Assembly: GCA_964516055.1 (NCBI GenBank)
Contig: CAZEYK010000002.1
Location: 1 to 50,314, forward strand
DNA: 50,314 nt
DNA from: an uncultured Gammaproteobacteria bacterium
Lineage (GTDB): Bacteria > Patescibacteriota > Patescibacteriia > Magasanikbacterales > UBA922
Direction: 5' to 3'
This document shows positions 9,383 to 18,313 of the stretch, one piece after another. The stretch's first letter is position 1, and every line of letters starts with the position of its first letter. The notes under the pieces are model-generated. The model was not told the origin of the DNA. It worked only from the letters and a program-made list of their open reading frames with translations, and did no database searches. A program made the translations under genes and the position numbers.

Positions 9383-9409
9383 AAAAAAACACCAATTTGG
9401 TGTTTTTTT
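9383..9409 (+). terminator. intrinsic terminator
   Basis: ACACCA / TGGTGT stem, extended by A/T pairs and followed by a T7 run. Confidence 0.8.
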
Positions 9410-9489
9410 GTCGTTCTCTTTTACAAACGATGTTTGAAAAACAGAATTGGTCCTCCTATAAATAGGAGGGGGGGCAGTGGTTACTGCCA

Positions 9490-9780
9490 TTAAGACAGAT
9501 AATACCATGCCGTGCACAGAAGAGAAGGAAGAGCAAACATCGCCGATGCGATGCGGGGGAATTTATATCGACGGACCGCGTTGTTGCCGGTGTCCCAGCA
9601 AATAGCCGAGACCATACAGACAACCGCACCAAATCCAGCAATAAATTCCAACGTGCCCAAATCATGCAATTCCCAACCGCTCTCGTACCAAATCCACGTC
9701 AGCAGATTGGTACAAACGAGAGCAACGCGAAGCCAGATCATCTTGATCACTTCACGTTCGGTAAACAGATTTTCCTTCAT
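9490..9780 (-). CDS. small hydrophobic protein (96 aa, 2-3 TM), unknown function, GC-rich
   Basis: A canonical AAGGAGG lies 9 nt upstream of the ATG. Hydrophobic segments are present (IWLRVALVCTNLLTWIW, FIAGFGAVVCMVSAICW). An 8-bp palindromic hairpin (9452-9469) lies just downstream. Confidence 0.6.
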   Translation of the reverse strand: MKENLFTEREVIKMIWLRVALVCTNLLTWIWYESGWELHDLGTLEFIAGFGAVVCMVSAICWDTGNNAVRRYKFPRIASAMFALPSLLCTAWYYLS

Positions 9781-9937
9781 GGATATAAGCCTCCTTGGCT
9801 TGTGTTGTCGACCACAACCATGTGGCCAATGGGCCTCTCAGAAATGAGAAACAGCAAACCATACGCTATATCATCTATACAACTGTCAAGGACTTTGCTA
9901 CACTATCAAAGTAATTATCACTTCATTAAGCCAAATT

Positions 9938-10741
9938 ATGTCTATATTGCAGGCAATAATTCTTGGAATCGTCCAAGGGATTACCGAGTTTCTCCCTGTT
10001 TCTTCTTCCGGTCATTTAATTTTTATTCCAGAAATTTTTGGCTGGCAAGATCAAGGTATTTCCTTTGATGTTATGGTACACATGGGAACACTCGTTGCGG
10101 TCATCATCTTTTTCCGAAAAAAAATATGGGAGCTTGTTACCGCACTTTTTTCAAAAAATCCCATAAAAAAACAAGATCGTCGTCTGGCTTGGCTGCTTAT
10201 AGCAAGCGTTATCCCCGCAGGTGTTGTTGGTTATATACTTGACTCAAATTCTCGATCCGCATTCATTGTGGGGGTAAGCCTTATTTTTTGGGGAATTATT
10301 CTTGCTGTCGCAGATAGATACAGCCACCACATTGCACAAAAAAAAGAACTAATGAGCGATCTTCATACCCTTTCAGTAAAGCAAATTGCATTTATTGCTT
10401 GTGCCCAAGTACTTGCACTTATTCCCGGGACTAGTCGTTCAGGTATCACCATGACGGCAGCACTTTTTGCAACACTCAACAAAAAAGCTGCCGCAGAATT
10501 TTCATTCCTTATGGGAACACCAATCATTGCGCTCGCTGGTGGGGTAAAACTTCTCGAAATGATACAGAGTGGCACAGGAAGAATTAGCTTGACAGCACTC
10601 ACCGTAGGGTTTATCGTGTCAGCACTAAGTGGAGTGGCTGCCATAGCCATCCTCATGAAGATTATCCAAAAATGGTCATTCCTTCCATTTGCCGTGTATC
10701 GCGTACTCATTGGTATCCTCATTATCTTGTTCCTCGTGTAA
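9938..10741 (+). CDS. uppP: undecaprenyl-diphosphate phosphatase
   Basis: GITEFLPVSSSGHL and PGTSRSG motifs. Polytopic membrane protein. Confidence 0.93.
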   Translation: MSILQAIILGIVQGITEFLPVSSSGHLIFIPEIFGWQDQGISFDVMVHMGTLVAVIIFFRKKIWELVTALFSKNPIKKQDRRLAWLLIASVIPAGVVGYILDSNSRSAFIVGVSLIFWGIILAVADRYSHHIAQKKELMSDLHTLSVKQIAFIACAQVLALIPGTSRSGITMTAALFATLNKKAAAEFSFLMGTPIIALAGGVKLLEMIQSGTGRISLTALTVGFIVSALSGVAAIAILMKIIQKWSFLPFAVYRVLIGILIILFLV

Positions 10742-12297
10742 TGGCATATTCAATACGTATTATCTGTATGATAGAAAAAGATCTCTTCCAAAAAATTTAC
10801 GAAGTAAGCAAAGACACAAAAATAGATGTCTACGTTGTTGGTGGGTACGTCCGAGATCAACTTCTCAAACAATTATTTCCAGAAGTATATGGAAAAGAAA
10901 AAGAAAAAATTGAAAAAAGTCGTGTACAAGCAGCCATAGAACAAGACATCATCGACGGCGGAGAAGAAATAAAAATTGAAAAAATAAACAAGAAAACAGA
11001 TATTGACTTTGTTGTTGACGGCAGTGGTATTGCCTTTGCACAGCAGTTTGATCAACACATGAATGAAGAAGGAAGCCTGGTAGAGTTTCCAGATTTTGAC
11101 ACGGCTCGGTATGTTATGGACGATCTAGAAATAGAATTTGCTGGTGCCAGAAAAGAAGCTTACGAAAAAAATTCTCGTAAACCACAAGTACAAGAAGCCA
11201 CAATAGAAGAAGACCTCTCGCGTCGAGATTTTACCGTGAACGCCATGGCACAAAAAATTGAAGAAGGTGGAATACTCGGAGCAGTTATTGATCCATATAG
11301 TGGACAAGAAGACCTAAAGAAAAAAATTCTCCGAACACCACTTGCTCCAGATGAAACATTTTCCGAAGACCCACTTCGTATGATGCGTGCCGCCCGTTTT
11401 GCCGCACAACTGAAATTCAGCATAGAAGAACAAACACTGCAAGCAGTTCACGACAATGTAAGTCGGCTACACATCATTTCAAAAGAAAGAATTCAAGAAG
11501 AATTTTTTAAACTCCTCGATACCGATCGACCATCCATAGGGCTATGGATTCTTCAGAAGACAGGTCTTTTTCATCAATTCCTTCCAGAGGTACCAGCTCT
11601 CGATGGGGTAGAAGAGCTCTACGGACAACATCACAAAAATAATTTGAACCACAGTTTTCTTGTTGTCGATAATATTGCCGAACGTACCTACAAAACAGTA
11701 TTACGATTTGCCGCACTTATGCACGATATTGGAAAACCTGGCACCAAAAAATTTATGAAAGGTCGTGGGTGGACATTTGATATGCACGAACACCTTGGCC
11801 GAAAAATTGTTCGCAGTGTAGGGAAACGCCTTCGTATGAGCAAAGAAGATACCGAATACATTGCCAAACTAGTTCGTTGGCACCAACAACCCATCCAGCT
11901 TATGGACGATGGTGTTACCGATAGCGCCGTTCGTCGTCTTGTCGTAAACGTAGGGAATGATATTGATGATCTACTCAAGCTATGCCGAAGTGATATCACT
12001 ACAGGTAATCCCAAAAAATTAGAAAAAAGATTAACCAATTATGATGTTCTTGAAGAACGGATTATTGAGGTTATCAGCAAAGATAAACTTCGCGCCTTTC
12101 ATTCACCCGTACGAGGAGAAGAAATCATGGAAACCTGCAAACTGAAACCAGGGCCAACCGTGGGAGCAATAAAAGAAGCAATAGAAGAAGCCATCCTTGA
12201 CGGAAAAATTAATAATGAATACGAACCTGCGCTCGCATATTTTCTTTCAATAAAAGACACTTATGTGGAAAACGCAAAAGAGTGGGAAAAAGAGTAA
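10741..12297 (+). CDS. cca: class II tRNA nucleotidyltransferase (CCA-adding / poly(A) polymerase family) with HD domain
   Basis: VVGGYVRD...DIDFVV, RRDFTVNAMA, DPLRMMRAARFAAQL, HDIGKP. Its ATG overlaps the uppP stop (TAATG). Confidence 0.85.
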   Translation: MAYSIRIICMIEKDLFQKIYEVSKDTKIDVYVVGGYVRDQLLKQLFPEVYGKEKEKIEKSRVQAAIEQDIIDGGEEIKIEKINKKTDIDFVVDGSGIAFAQQFDQHMNEEGSLVEFPDFDTARYVMDDLEIEFAGARKEAYEKNSRKPQVQEATIEEDLSRRDFTVNAMAQKIEEGGILGAVIDPYSGQEDLKKKILRTPLAPDETFSEDPLRMMRAARFAAQLKFSIEEQTLQAVHDNVSRLHIISKERIQEEFFKLLDTDRPSIGLWILQKTGLFHQFLPEVPALDGVEELYGQHHKNNLNHSFLVVDNIAERTYKTVLRFAALMHDIGKPGTKKFMKGRGWTFDMHEHLGRKIVRSVGKRLRMSKEDTEYIAKLVRWHQQPIQLMDDGVTDSAVRRLVVNVGNDIDDLLKLCRSDITTGNPKKLEKRLTNYDVLEERIIEVISKDKLRAFHSPVRGEEIMETCKLKPGPTVGAIKEAIEEAILDGKINNEYEPALAYFLSIKDTYVENAKEWEKE

Positions 12298-12354
12298 GTC
12301 GGTCATTAAGAACGCGTTGCTTTCTCAAAGAAATTTTGTTACGATACTACTTGT

Positions 12355-13083
12355 ATGATTACCGAATTATGGAATACAGTTATTTACGAGCCGTTGTTTA
12401 ACGGTCTTATTTACATCTATAATAATTGGACAGATCAAAATTTTGGGTGGGCTGTTGTATATTTCACCGTTATCATCCGAATTTGTCTTATTCCGTTGAG
12501 TTTGTTTGATGCGCATAAGCATAGAAAAAATCAAGAAATTCAAGAGGATATTATTGAACTCACAAAAGGATATCGAAATGATCCTATCTTACAAAAACAA
12601 GAAATACGAGAATTACTCAAGAAAAAAAGGGTTAACCCGTGGGCAAAGGCAGTTATATTAGGAATACAAGTTATTGTTTTTTTTGAATTGTATGATATTT
12701 TTGTACGAGGATTAAGCAATGAAAAAATCATTCAAATACTATACCCATTTATAGATTTTCCAGGAGTTATTAATACTGCCTTTTATGGATTTGATCTTAG
12801 TATAAGACATGATGTATTTTGGTCAGCTATTGTTGCTATTGTAACGTTTTTGGGGATATATGTAGGGTATCGAAAGAGAAAAAATTTAACTATGGGAGAT
12901 CTGGCATTTTTGGTACTATTTCCCATTGCCATATTTTTCTTTCTCTTCATTCTGCCAATGGTAAAAGCCCTATTTATATTGACAACCATGCTATTTTCTG
13001 TTATATTCAATTACTTCGCTAAATTTATTTTCCCTGTAAAAAAGAAGGCTGTACAAACAGAACCAGGTAAAGAAAACACATAA
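12355..13083 (+). CDS. yidC: YidC/Oxa1-family membrane protein insertase (short form)
   Basis: N-terminal ...FGWAVVYFTVIIRICLIPLS is typical of YidC TM1/2. There is a basic amphipathic loop (KKKRVNPW) and five hydrophobic helices. Confidence 0.7.
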   Translation: MITELWNTVIYEPLFNGLIYIYNNWTDQNFGWAVVYFTVIIRICLIPLSLFDAHKHRKNQEIQEDIIELTKGYRNDPILQKQEIRELLKKKRVNPWAKAVILGIQVIVFFELYDIFVRGLSNEKIIQILYPFIDFPGVINTAFYGFDLSIRHDVFWSAIVAIVTFLGIYVGYRKRKNLTMGDLAFLVLFPIAIFFFLFILPMVKALFILTTMLFSVIFNYFAKFIFPVKKKAVQTEPGKENT

Positions 13084-13155
13084 CTATTTCAGGATAACTT
13101 TTTTAGCCAGAGGCTAACCACCCGTTGGGTGAAGCCCTGAACTAAACATTAATAT

Positions 13156-13746
13156 ATGAGTGATAAAATAGAAAAAATGATGTACTCTTTCGTAATGGAA
13201 GATGTACTCAAGGGAATCTTTATTTATGTTCCACCAGGATACGTCGCTTGTGTATACGACCTTGGGCGAGGAGTTCTCAAAAAGGTATTAACTCCAGGAC
13301 TACATTTCAAAATTCCATTTTGGCAAAAAGCAAAACTGTTCAACACACAAACACTTGAATACAGCATTAGTCGGCAATTCAATCTGTCAAACGAAAAATC
13401 CATGGGAGACATCCCAATTGCTGCCGTTGCTCAAAATGGAAAACGAATTGCGGTAGAAGGAACAATCCTTCTTCGCCTCGATATTCATCAAATTCCTGCC
13501 ATCTGGCAAACAATCGGTGAAGACTTTGTGGCAAAGATTATCCGCCCAACAATCAGAAGCCGAATACGAATGGTTGCCAGTCGATTTGATAAAGAACAAA
13601 TTGTTGGACCAAAACGAGACGCAGTGGAAACAGAACTTAAAAATGAGCTTGAACGCATCTTTTACTCTCGAGGGATCTATGTAGAAAATGTCCTCCTCAG
13701 TGAAATAGCCGATATCGAAGAATTCGCTAGAACAGCACAAAGTTAA
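13156..13746 (+). CDS. SPFH/band-7 (prohibitin-like) domain protein
   Basis: PGYVACVYDLGRGVLKKVLTPGLHFKIPFWQK...NVLLSEI follows the SPFH fold sequence pattern. Confidence 0.65.
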   Translation: MSDKIEKMMYSFVMEDVLKGIFIYVPPGYVACVYDLGRGVLKKVLTPGLHFKIPFWQKAKLFNTQTLEYSISRQFNLSNEKSMGDIPIAAVAQNGKRIAVEGTILLRLDIHQIPAIWQTIGEDFVAKIIRPTIRSRIRMVASRFDKEQIVGPKRDAVETELKNELERIFYSRGIYVENVLLSEIADIEEFARTAQS

Positions 13747-13749
13747 GAA

Positions 13750-13775
13750 AAATCCGCTAAACAAGCGGGTTTTTT
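13750..13775 (+). terminator. intrinsic terminator
   Basis: CCGC / GCGG core stem (13754-13768) followed by TTTTTT. Confidence 0.6.
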
Positions 13776-13850
13776 AGTCCACAGAAAACAAAGAGGAGTG
13801 ATACCAAAGACTATCGATGGTGAACTATATGCCTCAGATAAGGCTAGGTC

Positions 13851-13879
13851 TTGACAGTATTTAGATCCCTTGGTATATT
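13851..13879 (+). promoter_or_regulatory. consensus sigma70 promoter of the heat-shock operon (TTGACA-N17-TATATT)
   Basis: -35 TTGACA at 13851-13856, an exact 17-nt spacer, and -10 TATATT at 13874-13879. Confidence 0.75.
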
Positions 13880-13904
13880 ATCACTCAGAATAAAAGAGTG
13901 ATAA
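13878..13904 (+). promoter_or_regulatory. CIRCE-type HrcA operator (variant TTATCACTC-N9-GAGTGATAA)
   Basis: A perfect 9-bp inverted repeat with a 9-nt spacer. It overlaps the -10 and lies directly upstream of hrcA. It differs from TTAGCACTC-N9-GAGTGCTAA by one symmetric substitution. Confidence 0.8.
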
Positions 13905-13906
13905 TT

Positions 13907-14584
13907 ATGTTATCAAATCGCCAACAACAAATCCTTCATATTATTATTGAATATGTCATAAAAACAGCCGAACCCGTCGGATCAAAATTTTTGGCGGAAA
14001 ATTCTGCATTGAGCGTCAGTGCCCCTACACTACGAAATGAAATGCGAGTGTTAGAAGAACAAGGCTATCTTACACATCTTTACACCTCTGCAGGGAGAAT
14101 CCCTACAGAAAAAGGATACCGAGCATATGTTGAATCGCTTGAACCTCCTATACTCAGTACCAAAACAAAAAGTGCCCTAGAATCCTTACTCAAGCAAGAA
14201 GACAAAACCAAAGCCATGAAGTTCATTGCAAAGCAAGTTGCTGAGCATACCCAAAATGCAGTCTTTGTCAGCTTTGGTACCGATAGCGTATATTATACCG
14301 GACTTTCTCAATTGTTCACCCAACCTGAATTTAGAAATTATTCCCACACTATTAATGTTTCCTCTATCTTCGATACGGTAGACGAGCGAATAGATGAACT
14401 GCAAGCAAAGATTACCCAACGCCCCACTGTATTGATTGGAAAAGAAAATCCTTTTGGCAGTATGTGCAGTATCGTCGCCACGCCATTTGGAGAAGAAAAT
14501 ATGTTTAGCATTATGGGGCCAATTCGAATGGATTACAAAAAAAACATTGCTATAATTAGTCATTTAACTACCTTATTGTCATAG
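13907..14584 (+). CDS. hrcA: heat-inducible transcription repressor HrcA (short, ~225 aa)
   Basis: LSNRQQQILHIII...EPVGSKFL...SAPTLRNEMRVLEEQGYL...TSAGRIPTEKGYR. The first ATG follows the GTG at 13898. Confidence 0.85.
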   Translation: MLSNRQQQILHIIIEYVIKTAEPVGSKFLAENSALSVSAPTLRNEMRVLEEQGYLTHLYTSAGRIPTEKGYRAYVESLEPPILSTKTKSALESLLKQEDKTKAMKFIAKQVAEHTQNAVFVSFGTDSVYYTGLSQLFTQPEFRNYSHTINVSSIFDTVDERIDELQAKITQRPTVLIGKENPFGSMCSIVATPFGEENMFSIMGPIRMDYKKNIAIISHLTTLLS

Positions 14585-14587
14585 CCT

Positions 14588-15139
14588 ATGACGAAAAAAC
14601 AACAAGATGATCACAACAACATACTTTTTGAAGAAGAGGCAGTAGATCAAGAAGAACAACCACAAACAGCATTATCGGAAATTGAGGAGCTACAAGCCAA
14701 ATGCCAAGAATATAAAATTGGTTGGCAACGAGCACAAGCTGATTATCAAAATTTTAAAAAAGAGACAGAAGAAAAACGAGGAGAGCTAATGAAATGGTGC
14801 CAAGTGCAAGTGCTTGAGGAAGTAATTCCGGTATACGATAATTTCAAAAAGGCAAACGCACATAAACCAGAATCAGACGACAAATTATGGAAAAATTGGG
14901 CACAAGGAATTGATTTCATTATGAAACAGTTCGCCGACATTCTTGCCAATCACAAGATAGAAGAAATAAAAACCGTCGGAGAACAATTTAATATAGAACA
15001 GCACGAAGCTGTTGGTGAAGAAGAATCAGATGATCACGAAGAGAATGTCATTATTCGTGAAGTAGACGCAGGCTACCTGATTGACGGAAAAGTCATCAAA
15101 CCAGCCAAAGTCATTATTGCCAAGGCAAAAAATCAATAA
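14588..15139 (+). CDS. grpE: nucleotide exchange factor GrpE
   Basis: Acidic N-terminus, coiled coil with GWQRAQADYQNFKKE, and C-terminal beta domain (HEAVGEE...GYLIDGKVIKPAKV). Confidence 0.9.
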   Translation: MTKKQQDDHNNILFEEEAVDQEEQPQTALSEIEELQAKCQEYKIGWQRAQADYQNFKKETEEKRGELMKWCQVQVLEEVIPVYDNFKKANAHKPESDDKLWKNWAQGIDFIMKQFADILANHKIEEIKTVGEQFNIEQHEAVGEEESDDHEENVIIREVDAGYLIDGKVIKPAKVIIAKAKNQ

Positions 15140-15158
15140 GATAAAAAATAATATATAT

Positions 15159-15608
15159 ATGTCAATCATCCGTTACAATCCCAATTGGGATCCATTCCAA
15201 GAAATGGAAGATATGATGTCCAATCTTCCCGCCATGAGACAAATGAAATCCATGGTACCCGTTGTTGGTTTCACACCAGCAATAGACATGTACGAAACAG
15301 AAGATGCCGTAAAAGTGGAAACATCACTTCCAGGCATCAATCCAAAAAATGTAGAAGTAAGTATTGAAAAAGGATTACTCAGCATTCAAGGAACTGTCAA
15401 AAAAGAACATGAGGTAGACGACAAAAATTACTACCGTAAAGAAATGCGTTCAGGATCATTCTTTCGACAGCTTTCCCTTCCTGTACCGGTAAAAGAAGAT
15501 CAAGTTACCGCCGAATTTGAAGACGGACTTCTCAAAATCACGCTTCCCAAACAAGAACCAACCAAAGGAAAAAAAGTACAAGTGAAAGTCGTAAAGAAAA
15601 AGGAGTAA
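15159..15608 (+). CDS. small heat-shock protein (Hsp20/alpha-crystallin)
   Basis: PAIDMYETEDAVKVETSLPGINPKNVEVSIEKGLLSIQG...AEFEDGLLKITLPK. The start is set at MSIIRYNPNW. Confidence 0.9.
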   Translation: MSIIRYNPNWDPFQEMEDMMSNLPAMRQMKSMVPVVGFTPAIDMYETEDAVKVETSLPGINPKNVEVSIEKGLLSIQGTVKKEHEVDDKNYYRKEMRSGSFFRQLSLPVPVKEDQVTAEFEDGLLKITLPKQEPTKGKKVQVKVVKKKE

Positions 15609-15609
15609 T

Positions 15610-15999
15610 ATGAAAATTAAATATAAAGAAAAACCCACCAGTGAAAGTGTCGATAGATATATATCAATTTTAGAAAAATATTTATCTGCATTAGATGTAA
15701 CTCTGAAATTGGAAGTTTATGATAGTCCTAACGGACCATTAGAAGAAGGTATTAATGATGTACCTATTACTAGAAGTTATTTGTGGTTAGGTAAAATGGA
15801 AGTTATATCATCTAATCTCGGAGACACATTAGAAATTATTCCACCAAGATTAGGTTTAGATGCAAATATTTCCGTAAAATCAATTTGGGATGATGCCATT
15901 GAAATTCAAAATGCTATATATAACAAATTAAATATTAGTATAACTAATATGAATGATCCATACTGGAAGTTATGGGATCATATAGAAAACATTAAATAA
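15610..15999 (+). CDS. hypothetical protein (129 aa), AT-rich orphan inside the chaperone operon
   Basis: Open frame preceded by AAGGAG (inside the hsp20 3' end) 5 nt before the ATG. I recognise no motif. A 60-nt sample (15661-15720) has 13 G+C. Confidence 0.5.
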   Translation: MKIKYKEKPTSESVDRYISILEKYLSALDVTLKLEVYDSPNGPLEEGINDVPITRSYLWLGKMEVISSNLGDTLEIIPPRLGLDANISVKSIWDDAIEIQNAIYNKLNISITNMNDPYWKLWDHIENIK

Positions 16000-16008
16000 C
16001 AATAATCA

Positions 16009-16128
16009 TGTCATCCTGAGCGGAATGAGCGAGGGACGAGCGAATGGAGTCGAAGGATCTCGAAGAATGGATAAATTTTCCTCTATCACGAGATCCTTCG
16101 ACTCCGCTGCGTTTTGCTCAGAATGACA
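16009..16128. repeat. 120-nt imperfect palindromic intergenic element (GTCATCCTGAGCG ... GCTCAGAATGAC class)
   Basis: Outer arms TGTCATCCTGAGCG (16009-16022) / GCTCAGAATGACA (16116-16128). Inner perfect 17-bp arms GGAGTCGAAGGATCTCG (16046-16062) / CGAGATCCTTCGACTCC (16089-16105). Confidence 0.85.
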
Positions 16129-16226
16129 CATAAATTAATCAATTAACTATTTAACCAACTAACAAATAACAAGCCTAGTTCCCACGAACTATTGGCTTTG
16201 AACTAATAAGTATAACCTAACACACT

Positions 16227-18179
16227 ATGTCAAAAATTCTCGGAATTGACCTTGGAACAACAAATTCATGTATGGCCATCATCGAAGGTGGTCAACCAAA
16301 GGTTTTAGAAAACAAAGAAGGAAACAGAACCACGCCATCAATCATCGCCATGTCAAAAACAGGTGAACGACTCGTGGGGCAGCTTGCCAAACGACAAGCT
16401 GTTACCAACCCAACCAATACCCTTCATTCAGTAAAACGTCTCATTGGTCGAAGACCAGGAGATAAAGAAGTAGAAGCAGTAAGAAAACATGTTCCTTATG
16501 CAATTGTAGCCGACGGTGACAAAATAAAAGTAACCATGGGTGACAAAAATTATACCCCACCAGAAATTTCAGCCATGGTACTCCAAAAGCTTAAGGCAGA
16601 TGCTGAAGCAAAAATTGGAGAAACAATCACAGAAGCAGTAATCACCGTACCTGCATACTTTGACGATTCACAACGACAAGCAACAAAAGCTGCGGGAGAA
16701 ATTGCTGGACTCAAAGTAAGTCGAATTATCAACGAGCCAACTGCTGCTGCATTTGCGTACGGATTCGACAAAAAGAATGATCAAAAAATTGTTGTATACG
16801 ATCTCGGAGGAGGAACTTTCGACGTATCAGTACTCGAAATTTCTCATGATGAAGAAGATAATCATTCAACAGTAGAAGTTCGCGCTACCAATGGAGATAC
16901 TCATCTTGGAGGAGACGACTTTGACAAAGAAATTATTGAATGGATTCTTAATGAATTCAAAAAAATAGAAGGAATTGATCTTTCTTCCGATCCATTGTCA
17001 CTCCAACGGGTAAAAGATGCTGCAGAAAAAGCAAAAATTGAATTATCAAGCACCCCAGAAACAGAAATCAATGAACCATTTATCACTTCTGGTGCTGATG
17101 GACCAAAACATTTAAATCTCAAACTTTCACGAGCAAAATTAGAAGAACTCGTATCTGATCTTGTAAAGAAAACCATGGTGCCAGTAGAAAAAGCACTTAC
17201 TGATTCAGGATTTAAAAAATCAGACATCAACGAAGTAATCTTGGTAGGAGGAATGACTCGCATGCCACTTATCCAACAAGAAGTAGAAAAATACTTTGGG
17301 AAAAAACCAAATGTATCTGTTAATCCAGACGAAGTTGTGGCTATGGGAGCTGCTATCCAAGCAGGACAATTACAAGGTGATCTTGGAAAAGACATCCTTC
17401 TTCTTGATGTCACCCCACTCTCATTTGGAATTGAAACCATGGGACAAGTGATGACCAAGCTTATTGAACGCAACACCACTATCCCAACCAGTAAATCACA
17501 AGTATTTTCAACCGCAGCAGATAGTCAACCAAGTGTAGACATTGTCGTACTTCAAGGAGAAAGACAAATGTCCGCAGATAATAAAACACTCGGACGATTT
17601 ATCCTTGACGGCATTCCACCAGCACCACGAGGAGTACCGCAGATTGAAGTAACATTTGACATTGATGCAAATGGAATCCTCAACGTATCTGCAAAAGATA
17701 AAGGAACAGGAAAAGAACAATCAATTCGTATTGAAGCCTCTAGTGGACTTACTGACGAAGAAATTGAAAAAATGAAAAAAGATGCCGAGGTACACGCAGA
17801 GGAAGACAAAAAGAAACGTGAACTCATCGATATCAAAAATACCGCAGACACCATGGTATACACTACCGAAAAAATGATGAAAGAAGTCGAAGAAAAGAAA
17901 ATCGACGTTACCGAAGAAGAAAAGAAAAAAGTGGAAGATGCACTCAAAGCCGTAAAAGAAGTAAAAGACGGTGAAGATATCGAAGCTATCAAGTCAACAT
18001 CAGACAATCTTTCAACTGTGGCTCAAGCTGTTGGCATGAAAATGTACCAACAAGAACAAGCAAAGGCTGCTGATGATACTGCTGCTACCCCTGAAGGAGA
18101 AAATGCTTCAGAAAAGAAAGACGATGTGGTAGATGGAGAAGTTGTTGATGGAGATGTCGTAGACGACAAGAAAGAATAA
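16227..18179 (+). CDS. dnaK: molecular chaperone DnaK (Hsp70)
   Basis: [19 protein letters not shown] and [11 protein letters not shown] motifs. Full-length at 650 aa with an acidic tail. Confidence 0.98.
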   Translation: MSKILGIDLGTTNSCMAIIEGGQPKVLENKEGNRTTPSIIAMSKTGERLVGQLAKRQAVTNPTNTLHSVKRLIGRRPGDKEVEAVRKHVPYAIVADGDKIKVTMGDKNYTPPEISAMVLQKLKADAEAKIGETITEAVITVPAYFDDSQRQATKAAGEIAGLKVSRIINEPTAAAFAYGFDKKNDQKIVVYDLGGGTFDVSVLEISHDEEDNHSTVEVRATNGDTHLGGDDFDKEIIEWILNEFKKIEGIDLSSDPLSLQRVKDAAEKAKIELSSTPETEINEPFITSGADGPKHLNLKLSRAKLEELVSDLVKKTMVPVEKALTDSGFKKSDINEVILVGGMTRMPLIQQEVEKYFGKKPNVSVNPDEVVAMGAAIQAGQLQGDLGKDILLLDVTPLSFGIETMGQVMTKLIERNTTIPTSKSQVFSTAADSQPSVDIVVLQGERQMSADNKTLGRFILDGIPPAPRGVPQIEVTFDIDANGILNVSAKDKGTGKEQSIRIEASSGLTDEEIEKMKKDAEVHAEEDKKKRELIDIKNTADTMVYTTEKMMKEVEEKKIDVTEEEKKKVEDALKAVKEVKDGEDIEAIKSTSDNLSTVAQAVGMKMYQQEQAKAADDTAATPEGENASEKKDDVVDGEVVDGDVVDDKKE

Positions 18180-18206
18180 TCCTGCTATAGTATTACAAAT
18201 CGTGAG

Positions 18207-18231
18207 ATCCCCAGAATATTCTTCTGGGGAT
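18207..18231 (+). terminator. strong hairpin downstream of dnaK (weak or no U-run)
   Basis: 10-bp stem TCCCCAGAA.../...TTCTGGGGA with a 5-nt loop. There is no clean T-run after it. Confidence 0.45.
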
Positions 18232-18313
18232 TCCGCATATTTGTAATAATCAATCGAACGCAGTAAGACGCACATATCAAGATAAGCAAATATTCATTGA
18301 TGTATACAGTTTT

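Noticed and set aside
9512-10068. Plus-strand ORFs (111 aa, 134 aa) across the GC-rich islet and into uppP
   Set aside because: They have no SD and overlap both the SD-led minus-strand ORF and the start of uppP. Their composition is Arg/Pro/Ser-rich.
16129-16226. A second CIRCE element or a LexA/Cheo box upstream of dnaK
   Set aside because: No TTA(G/T)CACTC-N9-GAGTG(C/A)TAA is present. The AGTTC-N4-GAACT palindrome has the opposite half-site order to GAAC-N4-GTTC.
16901-18007. Long minus-strand ORFs (192 aa, 151 aa, 70 aa) inside dnaK
   Set aside because: They are antisense shadow frames of a highly conserved gene. Their composition is low-complexity and Ser/Ile-rich, and they have no start context.
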